The notes under the pieces: generated by a model
Databases searched by the model: none
The model's input: the letters and a program-made list of their open reading frames with translations, nothing else
Told to the model about the DNA's origin: nothing
Position numbers and translations under genes: made by a program
Shown here: positions 15,355 to 23,688 of the stretch, piece after piece
Numbering within the stretch: the first letter of the stretch is position 1
Layout of the letters: every line of letters starts with the position of its first letter
Source of the DNA: a virus
Reading direction: 5' to 3' (one strand)
DNA: 41,118 bases
Virus record (IMG/VR): IMGVR_UViG_3300045988_051885

Positions 15355-15504
15355 GCCGTCATAGCTCAACTGGCAGAGCGCCGCCCATTTAAGGCGGGAC
15401 AACGCTGGTGACACCACATGGCTGTTACAACCCGATACATCCGAGGCACTGAACCATGCCCCGGCGGGGGCCTGTGGGTGCCGGTTCAAATCCGGCTGAC
15501 GGCT
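15355..15504 (+). tRNA. Aberrant 150-nt tRNA-like gene: canonical acceptor, D, anticodon and T arms, plus an insertion of about 77 nt between the anticodon arm and the T arm. Nominal anticodon UUU with A at position 33.
   Basis: GCCGTCA-TA-GCTC-AACTGGCA-GAGC-G-CCGCC-CATTTAA-GGCGG, then 82 nt, then GCCGG-TTCAAAT-CCGGC-TGACGGC-T. The acceptor pairs perfectly over 7 bp. Confidence 0.5.
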
Positions 15505-15517
15505 TATTCGATTCTGA

Positions 15518-15547
15518 CCGTTCGGTTTTCCGGGCGGTTTTTATTTT
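15518..15547 (+). terminator. Intrinsic terminator immediately upstream of terS
   Basis: CCGTTCGG-TTTT-CCGGGCGG (8 bp including 2 G-U pairs), followed by TTTTTATTTT. Confidence 0.7.
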
Positions 15548-15572
15548 GTACGAGTTTAGGAAGGTGGTGGCG

Positions 15573-16085
15573 GTGGCCTACAGCAAAAATAAAAGGATAG
15601 GCAGACCGCCCGTCTTTGAGAGCAAAGAAGAACTTGAGAAAAAAATCGAAGAGTTCTTCAAAAGCTGTGAAGGGAGCGTCTTAGAAGACGAAACTGGAAA
15701 GCCTGTTTTGGACAAATACGGAAACGTGATAAAAATCGACGAACGTCCAGAAACGGTCACAGGTCTAGCTTTGGCGTTGGGATTTAAGTCTCGGCAATCT
15801 TTGATTGACTATCAAGGAAAAGCTGAGTTTTCTGACACGATAACGCGCGCGAAGCTTCGATGCGAGAGATACGCCGAAGAACGGCTCTATGATCGTGACG
15901 GAAACGGCGGCGCAAGATTCAGCCTGCAAGTTAATTTTGGCTGGAGCGATAAGCCGAAAGAAGCGGAGCAGGAAGAGCGTCACGATGATGGTTTGATAAA
16001 GGCATTGAATGCTGCCGCAGACACCAGCCCGCCGGATGACGTGGAGATGCTGCCAAAGGAAGAGGACGAAAATGCGGAAAAGTAA
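15573..16085 (+). CDS. terS: Terminase small subunit (gp3-type DNA-packaging protein)
   Basis: GTG start 8 nt after AGGAAGG. YSKNKRIGRPPVFESKEELEKKIEEFFKSCE...PETVTGLALALGFKSRQSLIDY...FSLQVNFGWSDK. Confidence 0.85.
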   Translation: MAYSKNKRIGRPPVFESKEELEKKIEEFFKSCEGSVLEDETGKPVLDKYGNVIKIDERPETVTGLALALGFKSRQSLIDYQGKAEFSDTITRAKLRCERYAEERLYDRDGNGGARFSLQVNFGWSDKPKEAEQEERHDDGLIKALNAAADTSPPDDVEMLPKEEDENAEK

Positions 16086-17319
16086 CGGTTTTCGCTGGAA
16101 AGCCCTCAGCCAGCGGCAAAAGCAGGTCCTGAGCTGGTGGACACCGCAGAGCGCATACAGCGGATACAACGGCATCATTGCCGATGGCGCTATTCGCTCG
16201 GGCAAGACCTTTGCCATGAGCTTTTCGTTCGTACAGTGGGCAATGACCTGCTACAGCGGCCAGCAGTTCGCCATGTGCGGCAAGACCATTGCCAGCTTCC
16301 GGCGCAACGTGCTGGGGACGCTCAAGCAGCAGCTTGCAGCCCGTGGCTACAACGTCAAGGAGCATCGGGCAGAAAACTGCATGACCGTCAGCAAGGGCGG
16401 CAGAATCAACGAGTTTTACTTTTTCGGCGGCAAGGACGAGAGCAGTCAGGACCTGATCCAGGGCATCACCCTTGCCGGGGCATTCTTCGACGAGGTGGCC
16501 CTGATGCCGCAGAGCTTCGTCAATCAGGCCACCGCCCGTTGCTCTGTCACCGGGTCAAAGTTCTGGTTCAACTGCAACCCGGGCAGCCCACAGCACTGGT
16601 TTTATCTCGAGTGGGTGCGCAAGTGCCGCTCCCGCAGGATGATGTATCTCCATTTCACGATGGACGACAACCTGTCACTTGCCGAGGATATCAAAGAGCG
16701 CTACCGCAACCAGTACAGCGGCGTTTTCTACCAGCGCTACATTCTGGGTCTGTGGACGGTGGCAGAGGGCCTTGTATATGACATGTTCGACCCGAAAAAA
16801 CACGTCATTGACGTGCTGCCGGAGCTGTCTCCGAAAAGCGCCTATGTGGCGTGTGACTTCGGTACCCAGAACGCAACGGTGTTCCTGTTGCTCCAAAAAC
16901 AGGCCGATGCAGACTGCTGGATCGTCACCCGGGAGTATTACTACAGCGGGCGAGAGCAGAAGCGGCAAAAGACTGTGGGCGAGTATGTCACAGATCTCAA
17001 AGCGTGGCTGGATGGTCTCAAGCCGGAAAGGATCATTGTTGACCCCTCTGCCCTGCCACTGATCACTGAGCTGCGCAAGAACGGCTTTACCCAGACACCC
17101 GCAAACAACGACGTTTTGAGCGGCATTCTGGACGTGCAGACCATGCTGCAGACCGGGCGGCTGAAAATATACAAAGACTGCAAGCACACGCTGGAAGAGT
17201 TCGGCGTGTACGCTTGGGACCCGGACAAAGACGACACCGTGCTGAAGGTCAACGACCACTGCATGGACGCTATCCGCTATTTCGTGCGCACAAAGCGCCT
17301 TGTGAAACTGAGGGATTGA
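16072..17319 (+). CDS. terL: Terminase large subunit (PBSX/Terminase_3-like)
   Basis: Walker A DGAIRSGKT. Also FFDEVALMP and FWFNCNPGSPQHWFY. The start overlaps the end of terS. Confidence 0.95.
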   Translation: MRKSNGFRWKALSQRQKQVLSWWTPQSAYSGYNGIIADGAIRSGKTFAMSFSFVQWAMTCYSGQQFAMCGKTIASFRRNVLGTLKQQLAARGYNVKEHRAENCMTVSKGGRINEFYFFGGKDESSQDLIQGITLAGAFFDEVALMPQSFVNQATARCSVTGSKFWFNCNPGSPQHWFYLEWVRKCRSRRMMYLHFTMDDNLSLAEDIKERYRNQYSGVFYQRYILGLWTVAEGLVYDMFDPKKHVIDVLPELSPKSAYVACDFGTQNATVFLLLQKQADADCWIVTREYYYSGREQKRQKTVGEYVTDLKAWLDGLKPERIIVDPSALPLITELRKNGFTQTPANNDVLSGILDVQTMLQTGRLKIYKDCKHTLEEFGVYAWDPDKDDTVLKVNDHCMDAIRYFVRTKRLVKLRD

Positions 17320-17321
17320 TT

Positions 17322-18704
17322 TTGAGCACTGTATACACTTTCCAGACCTTCCAGCAGGCGCAAGCCGCCGGGGAACAGTCTGATTTCATCCGGCGGTTCG
17401 TGCAGCAGCACTGCGCTTCCGGACCGTATAAGATGGCGCTGGATGCCGACCTGTACGACGCACAGAAAAACCCGGGGGCTGAACGCTTCGCGCAGGCTTA
17501 CGCTTTGATGCTGAAACGCCTATCCAAAAACACAAAGCAAGATGTCCTGCACCCCGATATGGTCAAGAGCAATCTTTTCCGGCGGCTCAACAAGCAGCGG
17601 GCGACCTACTCCCTCGGCAACGGCGTGGTCTTTGCGGACGATGGCGTGGACAAGGGAAAGCTTGGACAGAACTTTGATGAGCAGATTCAGAAAGCCGGAT
17701 ATTTCGCCCTGATCCATGGTGAGAGCTTCGGCTTCTGGAACAACGACCATCTGGTGATTTTCAAGCTGACCGAGTTCGCGCCCCTGTACGATGAAAAGAC
17801 AGGCCTTTTGCAGGCGGGTGTGCGATTCTGGCGGCTGAACCCTAACACGGATATGCACTATATCCTGTACGAGCTGGACGGCTTTACCGAGTATACGGAA
17901 AGCAAAATCGGCAATGTGATGCAGGAGACAACACCGAAGCAGGCATACAAGAGCGTTACCGTTACCACACCCGGCGGCGGGCTGGAAAGCGTGGAGGGCG
18001 AAAACTACAGCGCTCTTCCCATTGTGCCGCTGTGGGGATCCGACCTGCACCAGAGCACCCTTGTGGGGCTGAAAGCCTACATTGACAACACCGATCTGGT
18101 GATGTCTGGCTTCTGCAATGACTTGCAGGACTTTTCGCAGATCTACTGGCTGTGCGAGAACTTCAACGGCATGACCGATGACGAGCTGCAGGAGTTCCTC
18201 GTCAAGCTGAATCTGTACCACATTGCAGGCGCAGACACTAGCGAGGGCGGCAAGATCACCCCCTACACCACCGAGATTCCTGTGACGGCCCGGCAGGCTC
18301 TGTTGGAACTGCTCCACACCCGGGTGTATGAGGACTTCGGCGGTCTGGACGTGCATTGCGTGAGCGCGGACAGCACAAACGACCATCTGGACGCGGCCTA
18401 TGAACCGCTGAACCAGAACGCGGACGACTTCGAGGCACAGATCAAGCCGTTCATTCGGCAGATCTGCGCACTGGCTGGCTTTGAAAACGCTATGCCGACA
18501 TTCAACCGCAGCAAGATCACCAACACGGCCGAACAGGTCAGCATGGTAATTTCCGAGGCACACATCATCGGGCAGGACATGGCCATTGACCTGCTGCCCA
18601 ACCTGACCCCGGAACAAAAGGAGCAGGCCAAGGCCGCACTGATGGCTGAGAGCGCAACACGGGAGACCGTGGACGAGGAGGACGAAGACGATGGCGAATC
18701 TTAA
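17322..18704 (+). CDS. Portal protein (SPP1 gp6-like, by size and position)
   Basis: TTG start 6 nt after GAGGGA, directly after the terL stop. 460 aa with an acidic C-terminus. Confidence 0.8.
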   Translation: MSTVYTFQTFQQAQAAGEQSDFIRRFVQQHCASGPYKMALDADLYDAQKNPGAERFAQAYALMLKRLSKNTKQDVLHPDMVKSNLFRRLNKQRATYSLGNGVVFADDGVDKGKLGQNFDEQIQKAGYFALIHGESFGFWNNDHLVIFKLTEFAPLYDEKTGLLQAGVRFWRLNPNTDMHYILYELDGFTEYTESKIGNVMQETTPKQAYKSVTVTTPGGGLESVEGENYSALPIVPLWGSDLHQSTLVGLKAYIDNTDLVMSGFCNDLQDFSQIYWLCENFNGMTDDELQEFLVKLNLYHIAGADTSEGGKITPYTTEIPVTARQALLELLHTRVYEDFGGLDVHCVSADSTNDHLDAAYEPLNQNADDFEAQIKPFIRQICALAGFENAMPTFNRSKITNTAEQVSMVISEAHIIGQDMAIDLLPNLTPEQKEQAKAALMAESATRETVDEEDEDDGES

Positions 18705-18903
18705 AATCCCGATTGATGGGAAAATAGAAATCGAACTTTCAGAAGAAGCAAAAGATATTCTTCTGCGCTTTATTTCTGCTGTTGAACGTTTGGAAGATCG
18801 TGACGCAAGCAAAAACTTTACAATCGAAGTCAACAGAACAGCTATTCGGAAAGCGTGTGAAGAAGCTGTCAAGCCATTGCCTGACACAATCGATGACGTA
18901 TGA
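18691..18903 (+). CDS. Hypothetical protein (70 aa)
   Basis: Overlap-coupled between the portal and MuF-like genes. Confidence 0.5.
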   Translation: MANLKIPIDGKIEIELSEEAKDILLRFISAVERLEDRDASKNFTIEVNRTAIRKACEEAVKPLPDTIDDV

Positions 18904-19934
18904 CAAACGACCGTGACCGCATCTCTACCCGCCAGCTGAACCGCTTGCGCCGCCGTATCCTCCGGGTGTACGGCACTGCCCGCCGGGAAATGCAGGAGCA
19001 ACTTACCGAGTTTCTGGCAAAGTACAAAGCGCTGGACGAGCGCAAGCGGGCGCAGCTGGACGCAGGCGAGATCACCGAAGAGGATTACCGCATCTGGCTG
19101 CAAAATCAGGTCTTTCAGTCCGATTTGATGCACGCCAAGCTGGACGGCATCACGCAGACTTGCACCACAGCCCAAGAGACGGCCTACAAGCTGGCCCGGG
19201 ACGAGCAATACAACATCTTTTCCTTTGGCGCAAACTGGGCTTTCTACGAGCTGGAACAGGCTGCAGGCGTGACGTTCGGGCTGACCCTGTACAACACCGA
19301 AGCGGTCAAGCTGCTTCTAAAGGAAAACCCCCGCATGGTGCCCAACAAGCGCATCAAGAGCGAGAGCAACCGCACCTATGACGCCCGGGTGTTTAACCGC
19401 TACGTCATGCAGGGCATCGTGCAGGGCAAGGGCGTCCACGACATCGCCGTGCAGGCCGTCAACGGCATGGCCGATACAGAGATCCACTGGGCCATGAACA
19501 ACGCCATCACAGCCCTTACCAGCGCCCAGAACGCCGGGGCTTTGCAGCAGATGCGCAACGCCCAGGCTTTGGGCATCGAGGTCAAAAAGCGGTGGAACTC
19601 CGCCCACGACTACCGCACCCGTGAAATGCACCGCCTGCTAGACCAGCAGACGGCAGAGCTTGACGAGCCGTTCAAGGTCATGGGTTACGAAATTCAGCGA
19701 CCCGGCGACCCCAACGCAGCGCCGGAGATGGTCTACCACTGCCGCTGTGTGTTGTCCTCTGCCTTGGGCAAGTATCCCCGGCAGAACGCCATGCAGAGGG
19801 ACAATGTGACCAAAGAGACCACCCCCGTCATGGATTACACCGAGTGGTATAAATCCAAGGGCGGAAAGGAAAAAGAGCAAATGTGGTGGGCAGAAGAGCG
19901 AAAACGCAGAAAGGAGGCTGCAAAGCATGGATGA
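18900..19934 (+). CDS. Minor head protein (SPP1 gp7 / Mu F-like)
   Basis: KRWNSAHDYRTREMHRLLDQQTAELDEPFKVMGYEIQRPGDPNAAPEMVYHCRCV. Confidence 0.85.
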   Translation: MTNDRDRISTRQLNRLRRRILRVYGTARREMQEQLTEFLAKYKALDERKRAQLDAGEITEEDYRIWLQNQVFQSDLMHAKLDGITQTCTTAQETAYKLARDEQYNIFSFGANWAFYELEQAAGVTFGLTLYNTEAVKLLLKENPRMVPNKRIKSESNRTYDARVFNRYVMQGIVQGKGVHDIAVQAVNGMADTEIHWAMNNAITALTSAQNAGALQQMRNAQALGIEVKKRWNSAHDYRTREMHRLLDQQTAELDEPFKVMGYEIQRPGDPNAAPEMVYHCRCVLSSALGKYPRQNAMQRDNVTKETTPVMDYTEWYKSKGGKEKEQMWWAEERKRRKEAAKHG

Positions 19935-20160
19935 GAAGAAGCCTTGCAAATTTTGCGAGAGGCTTGCGTGGTGGAAGGAAAATTCCCCCAAAGGAGAGAA
20001 CGGCCTTTACACCACGTTTCAAGTCAGTCTTATCACAAAAACGCACAGGAAAGGCGCAGGCGTGTGCGGTACGGTAACGCATCGTGCCGGACAGCTGAAT
20101 TTTTGCCCTGAGTGCGGTCGCATCTTAAAGAAAAAGCGAGAACCGAGGGATAAGCCGTGA
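19927..20160 (+). CDS. Small zinc-ribbon protein (77 aa)
   Basis: CKFC...CPEC pairs. Confidence 0.55.
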   Translation: MDEKKPCKFCERLAWWKENSPKGENGLYTTFQVSLITKTHRKGAGVCGTVTHRAGQLNFCPECGRILKKKREPRDKP

Positions 20161-20609
20161 ACTTTAACTACGACATCAAATTCACCGACAACACCCCGCA
20201 GCTGCATGAGGCGTTGGACTCGTGGGCGGAGCGGGTGCTGACCCTATGGGGCATGAAAGTGCAGGACTACGCCCAGCTGCTTGTGCCAACCGGCACGGCA
20301 GACAGCACGGGCATTGAGGGCTACGTGGGCGGCGCGCTCAAGCAGAGTCTGACCTTTGCCCTCGACCTCGCAAAAAAGACCGTGACCATCGGCAGCAACC
20401 TGTTTTACAGCGTCTATGTGGAGCTCGGAACAGGCATCTTTGCCGAGAAAGGCAACGGACGAAAAACGCCGTGGGTCTGGAAGGACTTTAACGGCAAGTG
20501 GCACTTTACCCGGGGCATGAAAGCCAGACCATTCCTGCGCCCGGCGGTGGAGAATCACATTGACGAGCTGCGAGAAATCGCGGTGGAGGAAGGAAACAAG
20601 GAGGTATAA
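20157..20609 (+). CDS. HK97 gp10-family protein (tail-completion type), in an atypical position upstream of the scaffold gene
   Basis: GGALKQSLTF...IGSNLFYSVYVELGTG...ARPFLRPAV. Confidence 0.7.
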   Translation: MNFNYDIKFTDNTPQLHEALDSWAERVLTLWGMKVQDYAQLLVPTGTADSTGIEGYVGGALKQSLTFALDLAKKTVTIGSNLFYSVYVELGTGIFAEKGNGRKTPWVWKDFNGKWHFTRGMKARPFLRPAVENHIDELREIAVEEGNKEV

Positions 20610-20613
20610 ACAA

Positions 20614-20805
20614 GTGAGCCCAAACCCACAAGAACAAAAAATCGTCATGGCAATGATAGGAACGATTATGTTTTTCCTTTGGAATTTTTCCGTTTGGAAT
20701 GCTCTTGCCATCGCCACTGCAAAGAAACCACAGTGGTATGCCCTTATCGGTATTGACGTTTTGGTGGCTATGGTCTATCTGTCATTCTATTGCATTATCT
20801 GCTGA
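20614..20805 (+). CDS. Small two-TM membrane protein (63 aa, GTG start)
   Basis: AAGGAGG 8 nt upstream of the GTG at 20614. Confidence 0.5.
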   Translation: MSPNPQEQKIVMAMIGTIMFFLWNFSVWNALAIATAKKPQWYALIGIDVLVAMVYLSFYCIIC

Positions 20806-20818
20806 AAGCTCAATATCC

Positions 20819-20850
20819 AGCGGTTGGCGCACAGCGTCAGCCGCTTTTTT
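20819..20850 (+). terminator. Intrinsic terminator upstream of tRNA-Met
   Basis: AGCGG-tt-GGCGC-aca-GCGTC-ag-CCGCT followed by TTTTTT. Confidence 0.6.
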
Positions 20851-20852
20851 AT

Positions 20853-20928
20853 GCCGCTTTCGCACAACTGGCAGTGCTCCCGGCTCATAACCGGGTAGTT
20901 GCAGGTTCGAGCCCTGCAAGCGGCACCA
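20853..20928 (+). tRNA. tRNA with anticodon CAT (elongator Met or lysidine-modified Ile2; not initiator), CCA encoded
   Basis: GCCGCTT-TC-GCAC-AACTGGCA-GTGC-T-CCCGG-CTCATAA-CCGGG-TAGTT-GCAGG-TTCGAGC-CCTGC-AAGCGGC-A-CCA. G1-C72 is paired. Confidence 0.92.
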
Positions 20929-21004
20929 CACCGGCAGCACGTCCGGCAAATTAAACCTTATTGCCAAGCATGGCAGCCCGAGCAAGGGCAGAAAGGACTA
21001 TCAC

Positions 21005-21592
21005 ATGGCACTCAAAAGAGCTGACATCCGCACGATTCTGGAGAACGCCGAAACCTCCAACGATGACAAGGCCAAGGCCATTCTGGACGCCCTGCACAAG
21101 GAGACGGACGAACTCAAAGACCAGCTGGATGCAGAAAAAACAGCCCGCACACAGGCCGAAAAAGACCGCGACGCAGCCAACGGCGGCAAGCAGGCCGCTG
21201 AACAGGCGCTGACCGACTACAAAGCCCAGCAGACCCAGAAGGACACCCACGCAGCCAAGGAAGCCAAGTTCCGGGAGTTGCTGAAAGCCGCCGGGGTGCT
21301 GGACAAGTACGCAGACCGCGTTGTGCGGCTGTCCGGCGAGGACATCGACAAGCTGGAGCTGGACGATAAGGGCGAAGTCAAGGATGCCAAGAAGCACGCC
21401 GACAGCCTAAAAGCTGAGTGGAGCGACTTCGTAGGCACTACGACTACCACCGGCGCAAAGGTGGACACCCCGCCCACCAACACCGGCTCCAAAATGACCA
21501 AAGACCAAATTTTTGCAATCAAGGACGCAGGCGAGCGCCAGGCGGCCATTGCAGCAAATGCCGACCTGTTTACAGGCGGCGGAAAGGACTAA
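21005..21592 (+). CDS. Capsid scaffolding protein
   Basis: Highly charged coiled coil (KETDELKDQLDAEKTARTQAEKDRD). Lies immediately upstream of the major capsid gene. Confidence 0.75.
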   Translation: MALKRADIRTILENAETSNDDKAKAILDALHKETDELKDQLDAEKTARTQAEKDRDAANGGKQAAEQALTDYKAQQTQKDTHAAKEAKFRELLKAAGVLDKYADRVVRLSGEDIDKLELDDKGEVKDAKKHADSLKAEWSDFVGTTTTTGAKVDTPPTNTGSKMTKDQIFAIKDAGERQAAIAANADLFTGGGKD

Positions 21593-21595
21593 CAC

Positions 21596-22495
21596 ATGGC
21601 AGCAAAGACTAATCTGATCACCACTACCGAGATCACCGTCAACCCCCGGGAAATCGACTTCGTGACCCGCTTCCAGCGCAACTGGGAACACCTGCGGGAG
21701 ATCATGGGCATCATGCGGCCCATTCGGATGCAGCCCGGCACCGTGCTGAAAAGCAAGTACGCCCAGGGCACCCTGCAGAGCGGCACCGTGGCAGAGGGCG
21801 AGGAGATCCCCTACAGCCAGTACACCGTCAAGGAGAAGGACTACGGCAAGATCACAATCGAAAAGTACGCCAAGGCCGTCTCCCTGGAGGCAATCCAGAA
21901 CTATGGCTATGATGTGGCCGTGCAGAAAACCGATGACGAGTTCCTGTTTGACCTGACCGCAAAGGTCACGGACAAGTTTTACAAGTACCTGAACACCGGC
22001 AGCCTGAAGGGCACCCCCAAGACCTTCCAGATGGCTCTGGCCATGGCAAAGGGCAGCGTGGAGAACAAGTTCAAGAATATGCACCGCACCGTCACCGGCG
22101 TTGTGGGCTTTGCCAACGTCCTGGACGTGGCGGAGTACCTGGGCACCGCCCCGATCACCATCCAGAACCAGTACGGCTTCCAGTACATCAAGGATTTCAT
22201 GGGCTACAACACCATCTTCCTGCTGTCTGACGGCGAGATCGCAAAGGGCAAGGTCATTGCCACCCCCGTGGATAACATCGTGATGTACTACGTTGACCCC
22301 TCCGACAGCGACTACGCCAAGGCTGGACTGGTGTACACCACCGCAGGCGAGGCCAGCAACCTGATCGGCTTCCATACCCAGGGCAACTACACCACCGCCG
22401 TCTCTGAGAGCTTCGCCATCACCGGCGTGACCCTGTTTGCTGAGTACCTGGACGGAATCTCTGTCCAGACCATTACCCCGGGTGAATCGGTCTAA
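21596..22495 (+). CDS. Major capsid protein
   Basis: 299 aa, following the scaffold gene. Protein-like composition. The position is canonical. Confidence 0.8.
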   Translation: MAAKTNLITTTEITVNPREIDFVTRFQRNWEHLREIMGIMRPIRMQPGTVLKSKYAQGTLQSGTVAEGEEIPYSQYTVKEKDYGKITIEKYAKAVSLEAIQNYGYDVAVQKTDDEFLFDLTAKVTDKFYKYLNTGSLKGTPKTFQMALAMAKGSVENKFKNMHRTVTGVVGFANVLDVAEYLGTAPITIQNQYGFQYIKDFMGYNTIFLLSDGEIAKGKVIATPVDNIVMYYVDPSDSDYAKAGLVYTTAGEASNLIGFHTQGNYTTAVSESFAITGVTLFAEYLDGISVQTITPGESV

Positions 22496-22516
22496 CCTGC
22501 AAGGGGGTGACTTTGC

Positions 22517-22927
22517 ATGACCGTCCCCGAGCTGTGCAGATACACGCACAATTTTTTTGACCGGGCGGACGACCCCATTGCCGGGGAGTTTGCCTTTGAG
22601 CCGGACACCGTGCCCGCCGGGGTAGTGCCGGGGCAGTATTTCCTCGTGTGCGGATCCATCTTCAATGACGGCGTGCATAAGGCCGGGGATGGTGACCTCA
22701 CCGCCGAGACATTCGCCGGGACAGTGCAGCCCATGCGCGTGCCGCCTGCCTTTGTGGAGCTGGCTGAAAAAATCGATGCATACGATAAGGCGCTGCCCGC
22801 AGGCGGCGTGTATGTGTCGCAGTCCTTTGGCGGCTGGTCCGGCACGATGGCTACCGGCGCGGACGGGCTGCCCGCAGACGGCAAGACCCGCTATAAATCC
22901 GAGATCAATCAGTGGAGGAAGATGTGA
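22517..22927 (+). CDS. Putative head-tail connector/adaptor protein
   Basis: Assigned by position after the capsid gene. 136 aa. Confidence 0.5.
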   Translation: MTVPELCRYTHNFFDRADDPIAGEFAFEPDTVPAGVVPGQYFLVCGSIFNDGVHKAGDGDLTAETFAGTVQPMRVPPAFVELAEKIDAYDKALPAGGVYVSQSFGGWSGTMATGADGLPADGKTRYKSEINQWRKM

Positions 22928-22928
22928 C

Positions 22929-23297
22929 ATGGTCAATTCGTTCACTGCATCCACCGTGATGCAGAGCTTCACCAAAAAATTTTGTTTTCAGACCCGAAGC
23001 TATGAGCCGGACGGCGTGGGCGGCTTTGTGTCCGGCTGGCAGGACGGCCCCGAGTTTGAGGCTGTGGAGCGACACGACACCACCGTGGAAGCTCAGGTGG
23101 CGGAGCAGGCTGACACCGCCTCCACCTATACCCTGCTGGTCAACACGGGCGTGCCGCTGGCCTTCCCGGACTACATCAAGCGGGTGAGCGACGGCCAGAC
23201 CTTCCAGATCACCAGCACAGCGGACGAAAGCAAAGCCCCGCCGGAATCCGGCATGGGGCTGCGGGCCGTCAAGTGCAAAAAGGCGGTGCTGCCGTAA
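22929..23297 (+). CDS. Putative head-closure / head-tail joining protein
   Basis: ATG at 22929 directly after the preceding stop. The N-terminal 88 codons of the tracked ORF are a spurious extension. Confidence 0.6.
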   Translation: MVNSFTASTVMQSFTKKFCFQTRSYEPDGVGGFVSGWQDGPEFEAVERHDTTVEAQVAEQADTASTYTLLVNTGVPLAFPDYIKRVSDGQTFQITSTADESKAPPESGMGLRAVKCKKAVLP

Positions 23298-23674
23298 TGG
23301 GACCGTCTGAGAGCATCAACCGGGCGCTGAACACGTTCTTTAACGGGTTCGGCATCCCCGGCTATCTGGAAGACAACATTCCGCCCGCTGCTTCTCTGCC
23401 CTACCTGACCTACAAGCCCGCCGTCCCCGGCGGCTGGAACGAGGAAGCGTCGTTTCATGGCCGCTTGTGGTATCCAAGCAGCGCAGGGCGTTTACCCATC
23501 TTACAGACCGAAGACCAAATTAGCGCAGCCCTTGCAGGCGGTTTGACCGTGCCGTGCGAGGGCGGCGCTATTCTTTTGCGCAAAGGCACCCCGTGGGCCC
23601 AGCCGATGGACAACCCGCCCGAGGGCTATTTGTGCGAGTACCTGAACTTTGAAGTCACGTCTTACCTGACGTGA
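23297..23674 (+). CDS. Putative tail terminator/completion protein
   Basis: TAATG overlap start. The LPYLTYKP-type motif and the position before the major tail gene support the call. Confidence 0.5.
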   Translation: MGPSESINRALNTFFNGFGIPGYLEDNIPPAASLPYLTYKPAVPGGWNEEASFHGRLWYPSSAGRLPILQTEDQISAALAGGLTVPCEGGAILLRKGTPWAQPMDNPPEGYLCEYLNFEVTSYLT

Positions 23675-23688
23675 GAAAGGAACTTACA

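Noticed and set aside
15398-15479. The insertion in the tRNA-like gene as a group I intron or hammerhead ribozyme
   Set aside because: At about 77-82 nt it is far shorter than known self-splicing group I introns, and it is not in the anticodon loop. No CUGAUGA...GAAA hammerhead core is present. The nature of the insert remains open.
15456-15572. N-terminal extension of the terS ORF (tracked start 15456)
   Set aside because: It would run through the T arm of the tRNA-like gene and the terminator hairpin. A GTG with a proper RBS lies at 15573, just before the conserved terS sequence.
17520-19208. 562-aa minus-strand ORF, the largest in the track. Similar long antisense ORFs occur at 5443-6309, 8552-9145, 9223-9933, 21407-22975, 25334-27037, 27743-28693, 28838-29710, 30630-31745 and 38432-39337.
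   Set aside because: All lie antisense to recognisable plus-strand genes (portal, MuF, ant, RecT, SSB, capsid, TMP, Tal, fibre). They lack an RBS. Their composition is Arg/Gly/Val/His/Leu-rich and low-complexity, as is typical of shadow ORFs in GC-rich DNA.
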